Part shown: piece by piece, positions 27,780 through 37,577 of the stretch
How the letters are laid out: each line of letters opens with the position of its first letter
How positions within the stretch are numbered: position 1 is the first letter of the stretch
Assembly: GCA_043747615.1 (NCBI GenBank)
Contig: JAYTOU010000052.1
Location: 1 to 64,000 of the forward strand
DNA: 64,000 bases
From: Myxococcales bacterium
Lineage (GTDB): Bacteria; Myxococcota_A; Polyangia; Polyangiales; Polyangiaceae
Reading direction: 5' to 3'
Translations under genes and position numbers: made by a program
Notes under the pieces: generated by a model
What the model saw: only the letters and a program-made list of their open reading frames with translations
Database searches by the model: none
Told to the model about the DNA's origin: nothing

Positions 27780-28433
27780 CTATTTGGCTTTCTCGGCGTT
27801 CTTCTTGGCGTCCGCGAGGAATTTTTCGAGGCCCGAATCGGTGAGCGGGTGCTTGATCAGCATCCTCAGGATCGCCGCCGGAACGGTCGCGCAGTGCGAG
27901 CCAAGCATCGCCGCTTGCACCACCTGGTACGGGCTGCGGACGCTCGCGGAGAGGACCTGCGTCTCGAACTTGAAGTTCTCGTAGATGGTCATGATCTGCG
28001 AGATGAGCTCCATGCCGTCGTGGGACGTATCGTCGATTCGGCCGAGAAAGGGCGAGATATACGTGGCGCCTGCCTTCGCCGCGAGGAGGGCCTGCGCCGC
28101 GCTGAAGCACAGGGTGACGTTCGTCTTCACACCTTCCTTCGTGAAGGTCTTTACGGCGCGCAGGCCGTCGGCGATCAGCGGCACTTTCACGACCACGTTC
28201 TTGTGGAGCTTGGCGAGGGAGCGGCCTTCCTTGAGAATTTCTTCATACGCGATCGCCACGACTTCGGCAGACACTGGCCCGTCGACGATCTCGCAGATCT
28301 CGGGGATTGCGGTCTCGATCTTGCGCCCGACCTTGGCCAGAAGGCTGGGATTCGTGGTGCACCCGTCGATGATCCCGAGGCCCGCGAGCTCTTTGATTTC
28401 CGCCAGGTCTGCGCTGTCGATGAAGAGTTTCAT
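27780..28433 (-). CDS. fsa: Transaldolase / fructose-6-phosphate aldolase (short type)
   Basis: 'KLFIDSA', 'TTNPSL', 'VVKVP', 'NVTLCFS', 'SPFLGRIDD' and 'HPLTD.G'. Confidence 0.93.
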   Translation of the reverse strand: MKLFIDSADLAEIKELAGLGIIDGCTTNPSLLAKVGRKIETAIPEICEIVDGPVSAEVVAIAYEEILKEGRSLAKLHKNVVVKVPLIADGLRAVKTFTKEGVKTNVTLCFSAAQALLAAKAGATYISPFLGRIDDTSHDGMELISQIMTIYENFKFETQVLSASVRSPYQVVQAAMLGSHCATVPAAILRMLIKHPLTDSGLEKFLADAKKNAEKAK

Positions 28434-28520
28434 GGTAGGTATTCTCCCGGTGGAATATGGGCGATCGCTATCACCGACCGCCAGCCCTTTCGGGTGCTAT
28501 CTGTGCAGCCGACGCTTGCG

Positions 28521-29273
28521 ATGAAGCCTTTGAATTTTTGCGTGGTTGTGCCGGCTTACCAAGCGCGAGCGAAGATTCGCCCAGTGCTGGAGGAGCTCCG
28601 TGATCAGTTCCCGGAGCTCTCTCCCGACAAGCTCATCGTCGTCGATGACGGGTCGCGCGATGGCACGGCTGAGGAGGCGAAGCGCTGCGGAGCGACCGTC
28701 GTGGTTCACGCACGAAACCGCGGAAAAGGTGCGGCTCTCGTCACTGGGCTCGAGGAGGCTCGAGCGCGCGGCTTCGAAGCGGCGCTCACCGTCGACGCCG
28801 ACGCGCAACATCCTGCTGCCTCTGCCCGTGTAGTGCTCGAAGCGTCGGACGATCCGCTGGCCCTCGTCCTCGGCGTCCGCGATCTCCTTCGGGATGGGGC
28901 GCCCCGAAAAAACCGCTTCTCGAACGGCATCTCGAATTACTTTCTCTCCCGCTTCACAGGGCAGCACCTCGCAGACACCCAGTGCGGGCTTCGTCGCTAC
29001 CCGGTAGAGGCCACCCTGGCCCTCGGCGCGCATGCAAAGGGCTACGCTTACGAGGCGGAGGTGATCCTCCTCTTTGCGGCGTCGGGCCTGCCCATCGTGC
29101 AAGCGTCGATCGAGGTCATCTATCCGCCAAAGGAAGAGCGGGTCACGCATTTCGACTCTGTGCGCGATCCGGCGCGGATTATCGGGGTCGTCCTTCGTAC
29201 GGTTTTGGGCCAAAAATTGCGTCGAATGCGGGCGCCGGTCGTCCAACGTAGAAAGCCGGGGAACACGCGTTGA
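28521..29273 (+). CDS. Glycosyltransferase family 2 (DPM1-like)
   Basis: 'VVVPAY', 'VVDDGSRDGT', 'NRGKGAAL', 'DADAQH' and 'DTQCGLR.YP'. Confidence 0.9.
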   Translation: MKPLNFCVVVPAYQARAKIRPVLEELRDQFPELSPDKLIVVDDGSRDGTAEEAKRCGATVVVHARNRGKGAALVTGLEEARARGFEAALTVDADAQHPAASARVVLEASDDPLALVLGVRDLLRDGAPRKNRFSNGISNYFLSRFTGQHLADTQCGLRRYPVEATLALGAHAKGYAYEAEVILLFAASGLPIVQASIEVIYPPKEERVTHFDSVRDPARIIGVVLRTVLGQKLRRMRAPVVQRRKPGNTR

Positions 29274-30736
29274 GCTTCCTCCATCGACATAAGAAGAAAC
29301 TCGCGCTCCTGGTCGGGCTCATTCTTTTGGGCCCACTCGGTCACGAGGTCATCTCCATCACCACGCTGATCACGCCACCCGAAGTGAGACTTGCAGAGAC
29401 GCTCCAGAGAATGCCGACGACCGATGGTGCCGATGGCATCCGTCGCGTGGGGCGCAACTACACCCGCGTCCGCGCAAAGCTTCGCGAGGTCTACCTCACG
29501 GGAAGCCCGGAGCAGATCGGGACGGCTCATGCGCGCCTCCTCCGCGAACGCATGGTGGCGAACGAGAAGGACGTCTGGGACGACTTCGAGCGCCTCGTCC
29601 CCTTCTCGCCTGCGCGTCTCCTTCTCACCGACTTGAGCAGGGTCCGTTACCGACACGTCGACCAAGGATTTCCCGAGCCACGGCGCCGCGAGCTTGCTGC
29701 GCAGGCCCAGGCTTTTCAGCCCGATCCGTACGCGTTTCACATGGCGACGTACGAGCGCATGGTGTTCCTTCATTCTCTCTACGACATCGCGCTCAGCTTC
29801 GAGCACTCGCCGCTCCTCGGTTGCTCCGCGTTCGGCTTGGGCGCGAGCGCGACGCGCGATCATCACGTTCTTCTGGCGCGCGCATTCGACTTCGAGGCCG
29901 GCGAGGTCTTCGATCGCGACAAAGCCGTCTTCTTCGTCGCCGAGGACGGATCGATACCCTTCGCTAGCGTCGCATGGCCAGGCCTCGTCGGCGTCATGAG
30001 CGGAATGAACCTCGAAGGCGTGGCGCTGATCGTGAATGGCGGTCGCGCGGGGGAGCCGCAGACAACAGGAGAACCCGTGATTTTTGCGCTCCGAGAGGTG
30101 CTCTCGCGCGCGCACGACACGGCAGAGGCCATCGCGATCCTCGTCTCGCAAGTTTCGATGGTCTCGCACATCGTCTTCGTCGCCGATGCCAGCGGTCGGT
30201 TCGCGGTGGTGGAGCGTGCTCCCGGGAAGGAAGCCTTCGTCCGGCAAGAGTGGACAGACCCGGCTCGGGTGGCGGTCACCAATCACTTCGAGGCTGGATT
30301 CAAGGACGACCCAAAAAATATTGCGGTTCGACAGACCACCACCACGCTTCCGCGCCGGGCTCGCCTCGACGAGCTGCTCGCCACGGTGAAGCCCGAGGAG
30401 GGGAGCGTGGAGCGCGCCGTTGCCATGTTGCGCGATCACACGTGCGCCGAGGGAAAGGCGTGCGAGCTCGGCGATCGACGGACGATTGACGCCATGATTG
30501 CTACCCACGGGATCGTCGCCGACACCACCGAGCGTGCCCTGTGGGTGAGCGCGGGGCCGCATCTCTCGGGAAAATTCGTACGTTTCGATCTGCGCTCTAT
30601 TTTCGCAGCGGATCACGATCCCGCGCGCGACGAAGAACCGAAGGTCATCGCCGAAGATCCGATCCTCTTCGACGGACGATTCGAAGCGGGGAAGGCGCAC
30701 GCCGGAAAAATGCGAGTGGGGGGCGACGCTCCATGA
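29270..30736 (+). CDS. C45-family autoproteolytic Ntn hydrolase/acyltransferase, exported or membrane-anchored
   Basis: 'GCSAF' nucleophile Cys, 'AR.FDF', 'WPGLVGVMSGMN.EGV' and 'TNHF'; N-terminal TM. Confidence 0.82.
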   Translation: MSFLHRHKKKLALLVGLILLGPLGHEVISITTLITPPEVRLAETLQRMPTTDGADGIRRVGRNYTRVRAKLREVYLTGSPEQIGTAHARLLRERMVANEKDVWDDFERLVPFSPARLLLTDLSRVRYRHVDQGFPEPRRRELAAQAQAFQPDPYAFHMATYERMVFLHSLYDIALSFEHSPLLGCSAFGLGASATRDHHVLLARAFDFEAGEVFDRDKAVFFVAEDGSIPFASVAWPGLVGVMSGMNLEGVALIVNGGRAGEPQTTGEPVIFALREVLSRAHDTAEAIAILVSQVSMVSHIVFVADASGRFAVVERAPGKEAFVRQEWTDPARVAVTNHFEAGFKDDPKNIAVRQTTTTLPRRARLDELLATVKPEEGSVERAVAMLRDHTCAEGKACELGDRRTIDAMIATHGIVADTTERALWVSAGPHLSGKFVRFDLRSIFAADHDPARDEEPKVIAEDPILFDGRFEAGKAHAGKMRVGGDAP

Positions 30737-31398
30737 GACCGACCAGGCGCGATCTCCTCCTCGGCACCGTGGCGACGGCGGGGCTCCTCCTCACGCGCGG
30801 CGCACGCGCCGACGCCGATCCCATGGCTGCAGACATGGAAGCCCTCTTGAAGGAGATCGCGCAAGCGCGCGGAGGCCTCCGCACCCTCGTCGGTCCATTT
30901 ACCCAGGAACGCACGATCGGCCTTCTTTCCGCTAAGATTCGCTCGACGGGAACGCTCACTTTGGTCCGCCCCGACCGCCTCCGCTGGGAGCTCGCGCCCC
31001 CCGATGACGTCGTCTACTGGATTGGCCCGGAAGGGGTGGCCTATCGAAGCGCGCATGGGCAAGGGCGTCTGCCGACGACGAGCGGGCGAATCGCGGCGGC
31101 GCTCGACGACATCCGCGTCCTACTGGGAGGAGATCTCTCGAAGCTCCGCGCACGCTACGACCTGCGCCTCGTATCGCGCGAGGGATCGCGTGAGCCGGGG
31201 AGTCCGGTCTTCGAGGCCACGCCGCGCGCAGGTTCGGGGACGAAGGTCGATCGGCTGACGTTCGCGCTCGCGCCGGATCTCGTCAGCCCCCGCCGCGCAA
31301 TCATGATCGAAGGCCCAAAAGACAAAACCGAGATCGAATTCGGGGCCCTGGCTCGTGACGTTGTCGTCGAGCCCGCCCGTATGCGCCCGCCTTTCTGA
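30733..31398 (+). CDS. LolA-like lipid/lipoprotein carrier with a Tat-like signal
   Basis: 'TRRDLL' twin-Arg signal; 'FTQER', 'STG.L...RPD.LRWE..PP'. ATGA-coupled to the C45 gene. Confidence 0.78.
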   Translation: MRPTRRDLLLGTVATAGLLLTRGARADADPMAADMEALLKEIAQARGGLRTLVGPFTQERTIGLLSAKIRSTGTLTLVRPDRLRWELAPPDDVVYWIGPEGVAYRSAHGQGRLPTTSGRIAAALDDIRVLLGGDLSKLRARYDLRLVSREGSREPGSPVFEATPRAGSGTKVDRLTFALAPDLVSPRRAIMIEGPKDKTEIEFGALARDVVVEPARMRPPF

Positions 31399-31479
31399 GT
31401 CTAAAAAGTTGGCCCTCTCGGGCGCATCACTCGAATCTCCGAGGCGTACCTAGATGTCGGTGTGCCTGGGAGGAATTTC

Positions 31480-31848
31480 ATGAGCGAGCAAGCGACCGCG
31501 GTCCAGGAAGAAGAAAATTTTGGCGGCCCCGAGCGACGGCGCCATCGCGTGTATGTTACACGCAACACCGAATACCATTTCCGCGACGGGTTCTGCGTCG
31601 CCGTGCGGGATCGCCGGACCGGCGAGTTTCTCCACGGGCACCTCGCGCTGCGCCGGCGAATCCACGGCGGTCTGCGCTTTTTCCTGAACGGCGCGATCGT
31701 CCCGAACGCAGGTGAGCCGCGCACGGGCGAAGCCATCTATTTCGCGTACGATGGGCGGGATCTCGTGACCAGCCCGCTCGAAACCGTGGAACGCCCGGCC
31801 AAAGACGTGGTCGCCGCGTACCCTTCGGTTTCGACGAAGAAGAAATGA
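31480..31848 (+). CDS. Hypothetical protein
   Basis: 122-aa protein-like ORF ('VYVTRNTEYH...CVAVRDR..G', 'TSP...VERP'); SD GGAGG. Confidence 0.75.
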   Translation: MSEQATAVQEEENFGGPERRRHRVYVTRNTEYHFRDGFCVAVRDRRTGEFLHGHLALRRRIHGGLRFFLNGAIVPNAGEPRTGEAIYFAYDGRDLVTSPLETVERPAKDVVAAYPSVSTKKK

Positions 31849-31879
31849 GGATCTAATTCAAGTAGGCTTCGAGCTGAAG

Positions 31880-32488
31880 ATGCTTGTCGTTCCGTCACGC
31901 GTCGAGCTCCGCGTCCGGCCACTGGAGACGCACCGGCTCCGCTTGTCGCCGATCGAAGCGGCGGACGCCCACGATCTGTGGGTCGCCGTCGAAGGCTCAC
32001 GCGCGCAGCTCGAACCGTGGTTGGCGTGGGTCCCCTTCAACGCCGACGAAGACGCGAGCTACCGTTACGCGGACGCCAGCGCCATCGACTGGGACAACGC
32101 GCGGGCGTGCCGCTTCACCATTCGCGACCGCACCAGTCGAAAATTTCTGGGCGTCATCGGGCTCGAGTCGTTCGCCCACCTTCACCAGAGCGTAGAGCTC
32201 GGCTACTGGCTGCGCACCGACATGACCCGTCGCGGTTACATGACCGAGGCGGCGCACGTGGTCATCAGCTGGGCGTTTCACAGTCTCAATGCGCATCGCA
32301 TTCGGGTGGCCGCCGCGACGGGGAACCAGCCCTCGCTCGCCGTGATCCGTCGCCTCGGATTCCACTTCGAAGGAGTCGCGCGCGAGGCCGAGCGATGCAG
32401 CGGACGGTGGCTGGATCACGCTGTTTTTGCGCTCCTCACGACAGATCCACGGCTCGAGCCTAAAGTTTTGTCGGGAGAGACCGTCTAG
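31880..32488 (+). CDS. RimJ/RimL-family GNAT acetyltransferase
   Basis: 'ELGYWL....RRGYMTEA', 'N.PS..VIRRLGF.FEG' and 'GRW.DH'. Confidence 0.9.
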   Translation: MLVVPSRVELRVRPLETHRLRLSPIEAADAHDLWVAVEGSRAQLEPWLAWVPFNADEDASYRYADASAIDWDNARACRFTIRDRTSRKFLGVIGLESFAHLHQSVELGYWLRTDMTRRGYMTEAAHVVISWAFHSLNAHRIRVAAATGNQPSLAVIRRLGFHFEGVAREAERCSGRWLDHAVFALLTTDPRLEPKVLSGETV

Positions 32489-33630
32489 TGGCGGTGCGGC
32501 GTTCCTTATCAATGGCAGTGAGCGGCGCGCTGCTAACTGGACTGACGAGCAGCGCGCAGGCCGAGATCCCCCGGCTTCACGGAGCGGGCGGCGTCGCCCA
32601 CGCGGTCGGCAGCCCGCAGTCGAGTGAGCTCGCTTGGGGTGCGGCGGGAACTCTCGCCCTCGAGTTGCCGCTGGGAAAAGCGTTCGGAGCGCAAGCCGAG
32701 CTCGGCGTGATCGGCCTCGCAAAGGGCGACAGTCCGGCGGACAAGACGCTCGCCGCGCGAAGCACCGCAGCGGTTCTCACCGGAATGATCGGTTTCCGTG
32801 CGCAGCCTGCTTACGCGGGAATTTGGCTCGATTTGAACGGAGGCTTCGGCAACACGGGAGGCCACAACCGCTTCGCGTTCGACGCGCACATTGGGTACGA
32901 CTTCGTGGTGGGTGGCGCGCGCGTGTGGCAGGTGGGGCCGGTCCTCGGCTACGTGCAACTCGTCCAACCGAACGACACGCTCCGTCCCGAAGACGGACGC
33001 GTGCTTTGGCTCGGGGTTCACCTCGCCTTCGGGAAGCGTCCCAGTGATGCGTCGCAGGTACGTGAACCGACCGCCGAGCCTTCGAAGCCCGCCGCCGTAG
33101 TCGTCCCGACTCCGCCACCCGTCATCGTGCGCGCCGATCGTGACAAAGACACGGTCTTCGATGATGAAGACGCGTGCCCCGACGTGCCCGGCGTCCGCAG
33201 CTCGGACCCCAAGGCGAGCGGGTGCCCCGCCCCGTCCGAGTCGGTGCGGATGGAAGGTGCGCTCATCATTCTCGACGACGTCATTCACTTTGAGGTCGAC
33301 AGCCCGCGCGTGCGACACGCCAGCTGGGACGCCGTGAAGAAAGTGGCGACCTTCATCAATGCCACGCCCGACATCACGGAGATCAACGTTGAAGGCCACG
33401 CCGACGAGTCTGGGACGAGCGAGCACAACCTCGTTCTTTCCGGCCAGCGCTCCGAGAGCGTCAAGCAGCTCCTCGTGCGCTTCGGGGTCGACGCAGCTCG
33501 ATTGACGACACGCGCCTTCGGTGCGGATCGTCCGCGGGCAAGCGGGCACACCGAGCTCGAGCTGCGACAGAATCGCCGGGTCGAATTCATCGTCGTGCGG
33601 TCTCGACAGACCGAGGGAGCGGCAAAATGA
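32488..33630 (+). CDS. OmpA-family protein (beta-barrel, Asp-rich thrombospondin type 3-like repeat, OmpA C-terminal domain)
   Basis: 'DRDKD.V.D.EDACPD.PG', 'IHFEVDS', 'VEGHAD..G...HN..LS..R' and 'NRRVEF'. Start may be 32512. Confidence 0.88.
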   Translation: MAVRRSLSMAVSGALLTGLTSSAQAEIPRLHGAGGVAHAVGSPQSSELAWGAAGTLALELPLGKAFGAQAELGVIGLAKGDSPADKTLAARSTAAVLTGMIGFRAQPAYAGIWLDLNGGFGNTGGHNRFAFDAHIGYDFVVGGARVWQVGPVLGYVQLVQPNDTLRPEDGRVLWLGVHLAFGKRPSDASQVREPTAEPSKPAAVVVPTPPPVIVRADRDKDTVFDDEDACPDVPGVRSSDPKASGCPAPSESVRMEGALIILDDVIHFEVDSPRVRHASWDAVKKVATFINATPDITEINVEGHADESGTSEHNLVLSGQRSESVKQLLVRFGVDAARLTTRAFGADRPRASGHTELELRQNRRVEFIVVRSRQTEGAAK

Positions 33631-34901
33631 GCACACGCAAGATGCTGGCGTCCATCCTCGCGTTTGGCGTCGGAAGCGCGACGATCGCCGCGGGGTGCGG
33701 AAATTCAGACAACTCGTTGGTCGGCGGATCGTGTGCTGGGAGCTACACCGAATGCTCGCTCCGCTGCGTCGACATTCAGACCGACCCCGACAACTGCGGC
33801 GCGTGCGGCGTCGTCTGCAAGCAAGGCGGCTGCACCCGCGGTGTGTGCAGCGAAGACGCTGACGCATCGAGCGATGCCACGAGCGACGGAGCGAGCGATG
33901 GATCGACGGACAGATCGCTCGACAGTAACGGCGGCGAGAGCGACGGTGCTACGAACGACGGCACGGCCACCGACACGGGCGTCGCGGACTCCTGCGCCCC
34001 GCCCTACGACACGGCGAGCCATTGCGGCGATTGTTTCACCGCCTGCTCGGGGACGAACGACACGTGCACGGTCACCGACGGGGGCGCGTTCGCCTGTGCA
34101 CCGATGTGCGCTCTGCCGACGACGAGCTGCGGCGGCGTTTGCGTCAACGAGAACAGCGACCCGGACAACTGCGGTGCCTGCGCGCGCGTCTGTGCTTCGA
34201 GCATCTGCATGGCTGGCGTCTGCCAGGGCTCGGCAAACGGAGACATCGTCTACATCGGGCATGACTACTCGGGTACGCCCTTTGGAACCTCGCAAGCGCG
34301 CGAGCTCTCGAACGCCGTATTTTTGGGCGCTTTCAACCCGATTCGTATTCTATCGTTCGAGAAATTTTCCGCTCCGAGCGCTGTAGCAAAGGCGAAGAGC
34401 GTCATCACTCAAGCCGCAATGGCGAGCGGCCGCACGATTGCCTTCACCGTGTCCACGACGGCAGCAGACATCCCAACGAACCTCGTCGTAGCCAATTACG
34501 ACGTGCTCCTCGTCTACGATCAGGTGGCTGCACCTTCGGGGACGCTCGCTCCGATGGGCGCAAGTTGGCACGCGACTCTCACCACGTTCACGCACCTCGG
34601 GGGCGTGTTCATCACGCTCGACGGAGACACGACGGTCGACGGCGGCGCCGGGGGAGAGATGCCTCTCTTCGAGACCGCGACAGGTCAGTTGATTGTCGCG
34701 TCTCACTCCGCGATGCCCATCGGCGCGCTCATGACGGTGACCGCACCCTCCGACGCCGTCGGCACCACCGTCGTCTCCCCCTACGCTGCGCGGAAAAATT
34801 CTGCGCATTTCATCACAGAGGCAAACGGTGGCGGCGTCGTGTACGTAGCCGTCGATCAGGCCTCGACCGAGCCCGTCGTCGTCCACAAGATCGCGCCCTA
34901 G
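33627..34901 (+). CDS. Cys-rich lipoprotein with Stig1-like 'D..NCGAC...C' repeats
   Basis: Lipobox IAAGC; 'CVDIQTDPDNCGACGVVC' and 'CVNENSDPDNCGACARVC'; Asp/Ser/Gly linker. ATGA overlap with the OmpA gene. Confidence 0.8.
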   Translation: MSTRKMLASILAFGVGSATIAAGCGNSDNSLVGGSCAGSYTECSLRCVDIQTDPDNCGACGVVCKQGGCTRGVCSEDADASSDATSDGASDGSTDRSLDSNGGESDGATNDGTATDTGVADSCAPPYDTASHCGDCFTACSGTNDTCTVTDGGAFACAPMCALPTTSCGGVCVNENSDPDNCGACARVCASSICMAGVCQGSANGDIVYIGHDYSGTPFGTSQARELSNAVFLGAFNPIRILSFEKFSAPSAVAKAKSVITQAAMASGRTIAFTVSTTAADIPTNLVVANYDVLLVYDQVAAPSGTLAPMGASWHATLTTFTHLGGVFITLDGDTTVDGGAGGEMPLFETATGQLIVASHSAMPIGALMTVTAPSDAVGTTVVSPYAARKNSAHFITEANGGGVVYVAVDQASTEPVVVHKIAP

Positions 34902-34924
34902 TCCGACCATCGGAAAGATGTGGG

Positions 34925-35830
34925 CTAGTTGGCCTTGGAGATTCGGTAGGTATCGATGATCGCGCGGACCCGGGGGAGGCCTTCGACGCTCCGCGATCCG
35001 TACCAGCACAGGTCTTTTCCGCCGGTGCGCACGATGGCGTCACGCTTGGCGGCGGGCGTCTCCTGCGCGCGAAACACGTCGGCGTCGGCGTCGCTGAACG
35101 GGTGTGGCTCGTCGGGCAGCAAGATGAGCTCGGGCGAGCGCGCGTTCACCTCGTCCATCGTCACCCGCGGGTAGCGCACGTCTCGCTCGCCGATTCTTTC
35201 TTTGGAGAGAGGCTTGGCTTGCCCGAGATCGGCGGCCAGAGGATAGCGCCTCTCGCGGTCGGCAAAAATGTTCTGCGCGCCCGCGAGGTCGAGCATGTCG
35301 CTGATGAACGTCGCGCCGTGAATGGTCATCAGCGGCTCCATCCAAATCGGGCAAAACGTGGCGAGCGGGGTGATCGTCGCGCGCAGAGCCTCGGCCTCGC
35401 GGAGCATCTCGTAGCCCTGCTTGCAGAGCAGGACGACGCGCGGATCTTTGTGAACTTGAAAGATGCGCGCCAGCTTCGCGAGGTGAGCGATTCCGTCGGC
35501 GACACGCTTCGGAAAAGCCACGTAGATGCGAATGCCGCGCTGGGCGAGAGTCTCGAGGTCCGAGCGGGTGTTCTCCTCTTGATTGGCCACCACGAGATCG
35601 GGCGAGAGATCGCAGATCGCATCCAGGCTAGGATTCTTGGTGCCCCCGACGCTCGCAACGCGCGAGGCGACCTCGGCTGGGAGCTCGCAGTAATCGGTGC
35701 GACCGACGAGCGCGGCGCCGCATCCCAGGTCGGCGATGCTCAGGGTGTCGCTGGGAACGAGCGAGACCACCCGGCAAGGCGCGGGTCCAAAAACGAGCTC
35801 TCTCCCTCGGTCATCGCGGACCTTGTGCAT
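34925..35830 (-). CDS. BtuF/TroA-like helical-backbone metal or cobalamin receptor
   Basis: 'RVVSLVPS.T', 'VGRTDYC', 'VGGTKNP', 'PDLVVANQEEN', 'LPDEP.PF' and 'WYG.R'. Confidence 0.85.
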   Translation of the reverse strand: MHKVRDDRGRELVFGPAPCRVVSLVPSDTLSIADLGCGAALVGRTDYCELPAEVASRVASVGGTKNPSLDAICDLSPDLVVANQEENTRSDLETLAQRGIRIYVAFPKRVADGIAHLAKLARIFQVHKDPRVVLLCKQGYEMLREAEALRATITPLATFCPIWMEPLMTIHGATFISDMLDLAGAQNIFADRERRYPLAADLGQAKPLSKERIGERDVRYPRVTMDEVNARSPELILLPDEPHPFSDADADVFRAQETPAAKRDAIVRTGGKDLCWYGSRSVEGLPRVRAIIDTYRISKAN

Positions 35831-35841
35831 GTCGGCGCCTC

Positions 35842-36186
35842 TTACTCTGCTGGCGCGTGGTAGGGCGCTGGAGGGCCACCGTCCGCATGCACTCCGATGC
35901 GAACAGCGCAGTCGGCCCACACGTCGTCACCGCAGCCAACCTTCGAGTTCGTCTTGGCAACGCAGGCAACGATGTGCGGCCCCTCGTGCTCCACGAGGCG
36001 GTCGAGGACGAAGCGGCATCCGCGCTCGCAGTCGTGCTCGGTGCAGTACGTCGACGCTTTTTCGTTGCACTGACGGTTGCACCCCACCTCGGGATAACCC
36101 GGTGGCTCGCCAACGCGGCACGCCGCAAAGAGCGCATAAAGCAGGGCCGCGGAGAGCACGGTGAGCGCAGCGCGCGGACGCATCAC
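35842..36186 (-). CDS. Small Cys-rich lipoprotein
   Basis: Lipobox LFAAC and eight further Cys in 114 aa. Confidence 0.7.
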   Translation of the reverse strand: MMRPRAALTVLSAALLYALFAACRVGEPPGYPEVGCNRQCNEKASTYCTEHDCERGCRFVLDRLVEHEGPHIVACVAKTNSKVGCGDDVWADCAVRIGVHADGGPPAPYHAPAE

Positions 36187-36208
36187 GCGACCTATACCAT
36201 GTTCGCCG

Positions 36209-37567
36209 TCACCGGAGCGCCATGAGCGAGACGAGCTGCCATCCCCCGGGCTTCACGTCGATCTCCTGCGTGCGCGAAACGCCGCGGGCGTCGAGGTGCA
36301 CCTTGTGCTTGCCTGCAGGCACGCGGATCCGGGTGATCGCCACGCGCGCGGGGAGCGTTTCCCAGCTTCGGGTGTCGGGCGTATCGAGGGCCGTCAACGT
36401 GCCCTGCGCGACCAGCGACGCAATGAAGCCGATCACGCTCCCCTTGCCCGAAGCCTGCTGAATTCCTTCGCCCACGAGGAGCCGGGCAATGAGACGCGTG
36501 ATCGCGCTTGCCACGATTTTTCCCTCGATCTTGTGCCATTCGAGACGCACCTGGCTGGAGATGTCGACCGCCTCTTCGAGCTGGACGAAGCGGCCGTCGA
36601 CGCTGCACGCGGGCGTCGCGTAACTTCCCTGACCCGGCGCGAGCGTCGGGTAGTTGATCCACGTGACGAGCCCCTGCGCAGCGAGCTTGTTGGCGGCCGC
36701 GGCGTCGCCCGGATGGATGTCGTTGGCGAAGAGCGTGAGTGCAAGTCCGATGGGGATGCGATTCGAAATTTTGTGGGGGACCCGGCCGTACCCGACGACG
36801 ACCACGATCTCGCCTTCGCCGGTCTTCTCCGTCGCCGCGAGCAGGGGCTCGTCACTCGCTAGTGCCGTGAGGCGCGGGCTCTTGAACGAGCCAGCCTGGA
36901 CGAGCGCGCGGGCCGGCTCATGGAGCGAGTTGTACCCGCTGAAGGCCAGAGCTTCGTCGTAATAACGGAGGGCTTCGTCCGTGTTGCCGCTCATCTCCGA
37001 GGTAAATCCAGCTAAAAAACCGCCCAAACCGAGGATCGCGTTGTCCGGCTCCTTGAGCTGATTGGCGATGTACGCCTGCATCACGCTGAGGCGACGGGCC
37101 TCGACGCGCGCGCCGTTCAAGTCGCCCCGCTCGAGGTAGTTGATCATGTTGAGCGTGTTGATGAGGAGCTTCTCGTACGGCGGCGCCGAGTAACGCCCGG
37201 ACGATCCCGAGAAGACGTACTCACCGATCGAGTCTCCCGCGTTGCGCGCGAGATCAAGCATGTCGATCGCTTTGTCGGCCGCCTCGAAATCCCGCTGGCT
37301 GCCGGGGAATTGAGCGAGCGACTGCTGCACGCTTGCGCGGTCGAGGACGAGGAGCGCGTTGTCGCCCGCGATGTCCTTGGGCAGGTCCTTGTCCGTGTCG
37401 ACTTCGAGCTCTTCGTTGATGGCGTGGATGGCGAGGCGCGGCTGCCCTTCGTCGAGCGCGGTGCGGAATTTCAGCGTGCGTGCTTCGTGCCCGCCGCATC
37501 CGATGAGAAAAGACGCCAGCGACGCGCCGACGACGATTGCCGCAAGCCGCAGCGAGATGCTCGCCAT
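36209..37567 (-). CDS. COG3014-like TPR lipoprotein
   Basis: Lipobox LIGC; 'Y...PYEK', 'ARVEARR' and 'DTRSWETLP'; directly downstream of the LpoB-like gene. Confidence 0.72.
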   Translation of the reverse strand: MASISLRLAAIVVGASLASFLIGCGGHEARTLKFRTALDEGQPRLAIHAINEELEVDTDKDLPKDIAGDNALLVLDRASVQQSLAQFPGSQRDFEAADKAIDMLDLARNAGDSIGEYVFSGSSGRYSAPPYEKLLINTLNMINYLERGDLNGARVEARRLSVMQAYIANQLKEPDNAILGLGGFLAGFTSEMSGNTDEALRYYDEALAFSGYNSLHEPARALVQAGSFKSPRLTALASDEPLLAATEKTGEGEIVVVVGYGRVPHKISNRIPIGLALTLFANDIHPGDAAAANKLAAQGLVTWINYPTLAPGQGSYATPACSVDGRFVQLEEAVDISSQVRLEWHKIEGKIVASAITRLIARLLVGEGIQQASGKGSVIGFIASLVAQGTLTALDTPDTRSWETLPARVAITRIRVPAGKHKVHLDARGVSRTQEIDVKPGGWQLVSLMALR

Positions 37568-37577
37568 GTGCCTCTTC

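Noticed and set aside
35830..36210. Cobalamin riboswitch upstream of the BtuF-like gene
   Set aside because: The upstream region is occupied by a coding gene, and no B12-box is recognisable.
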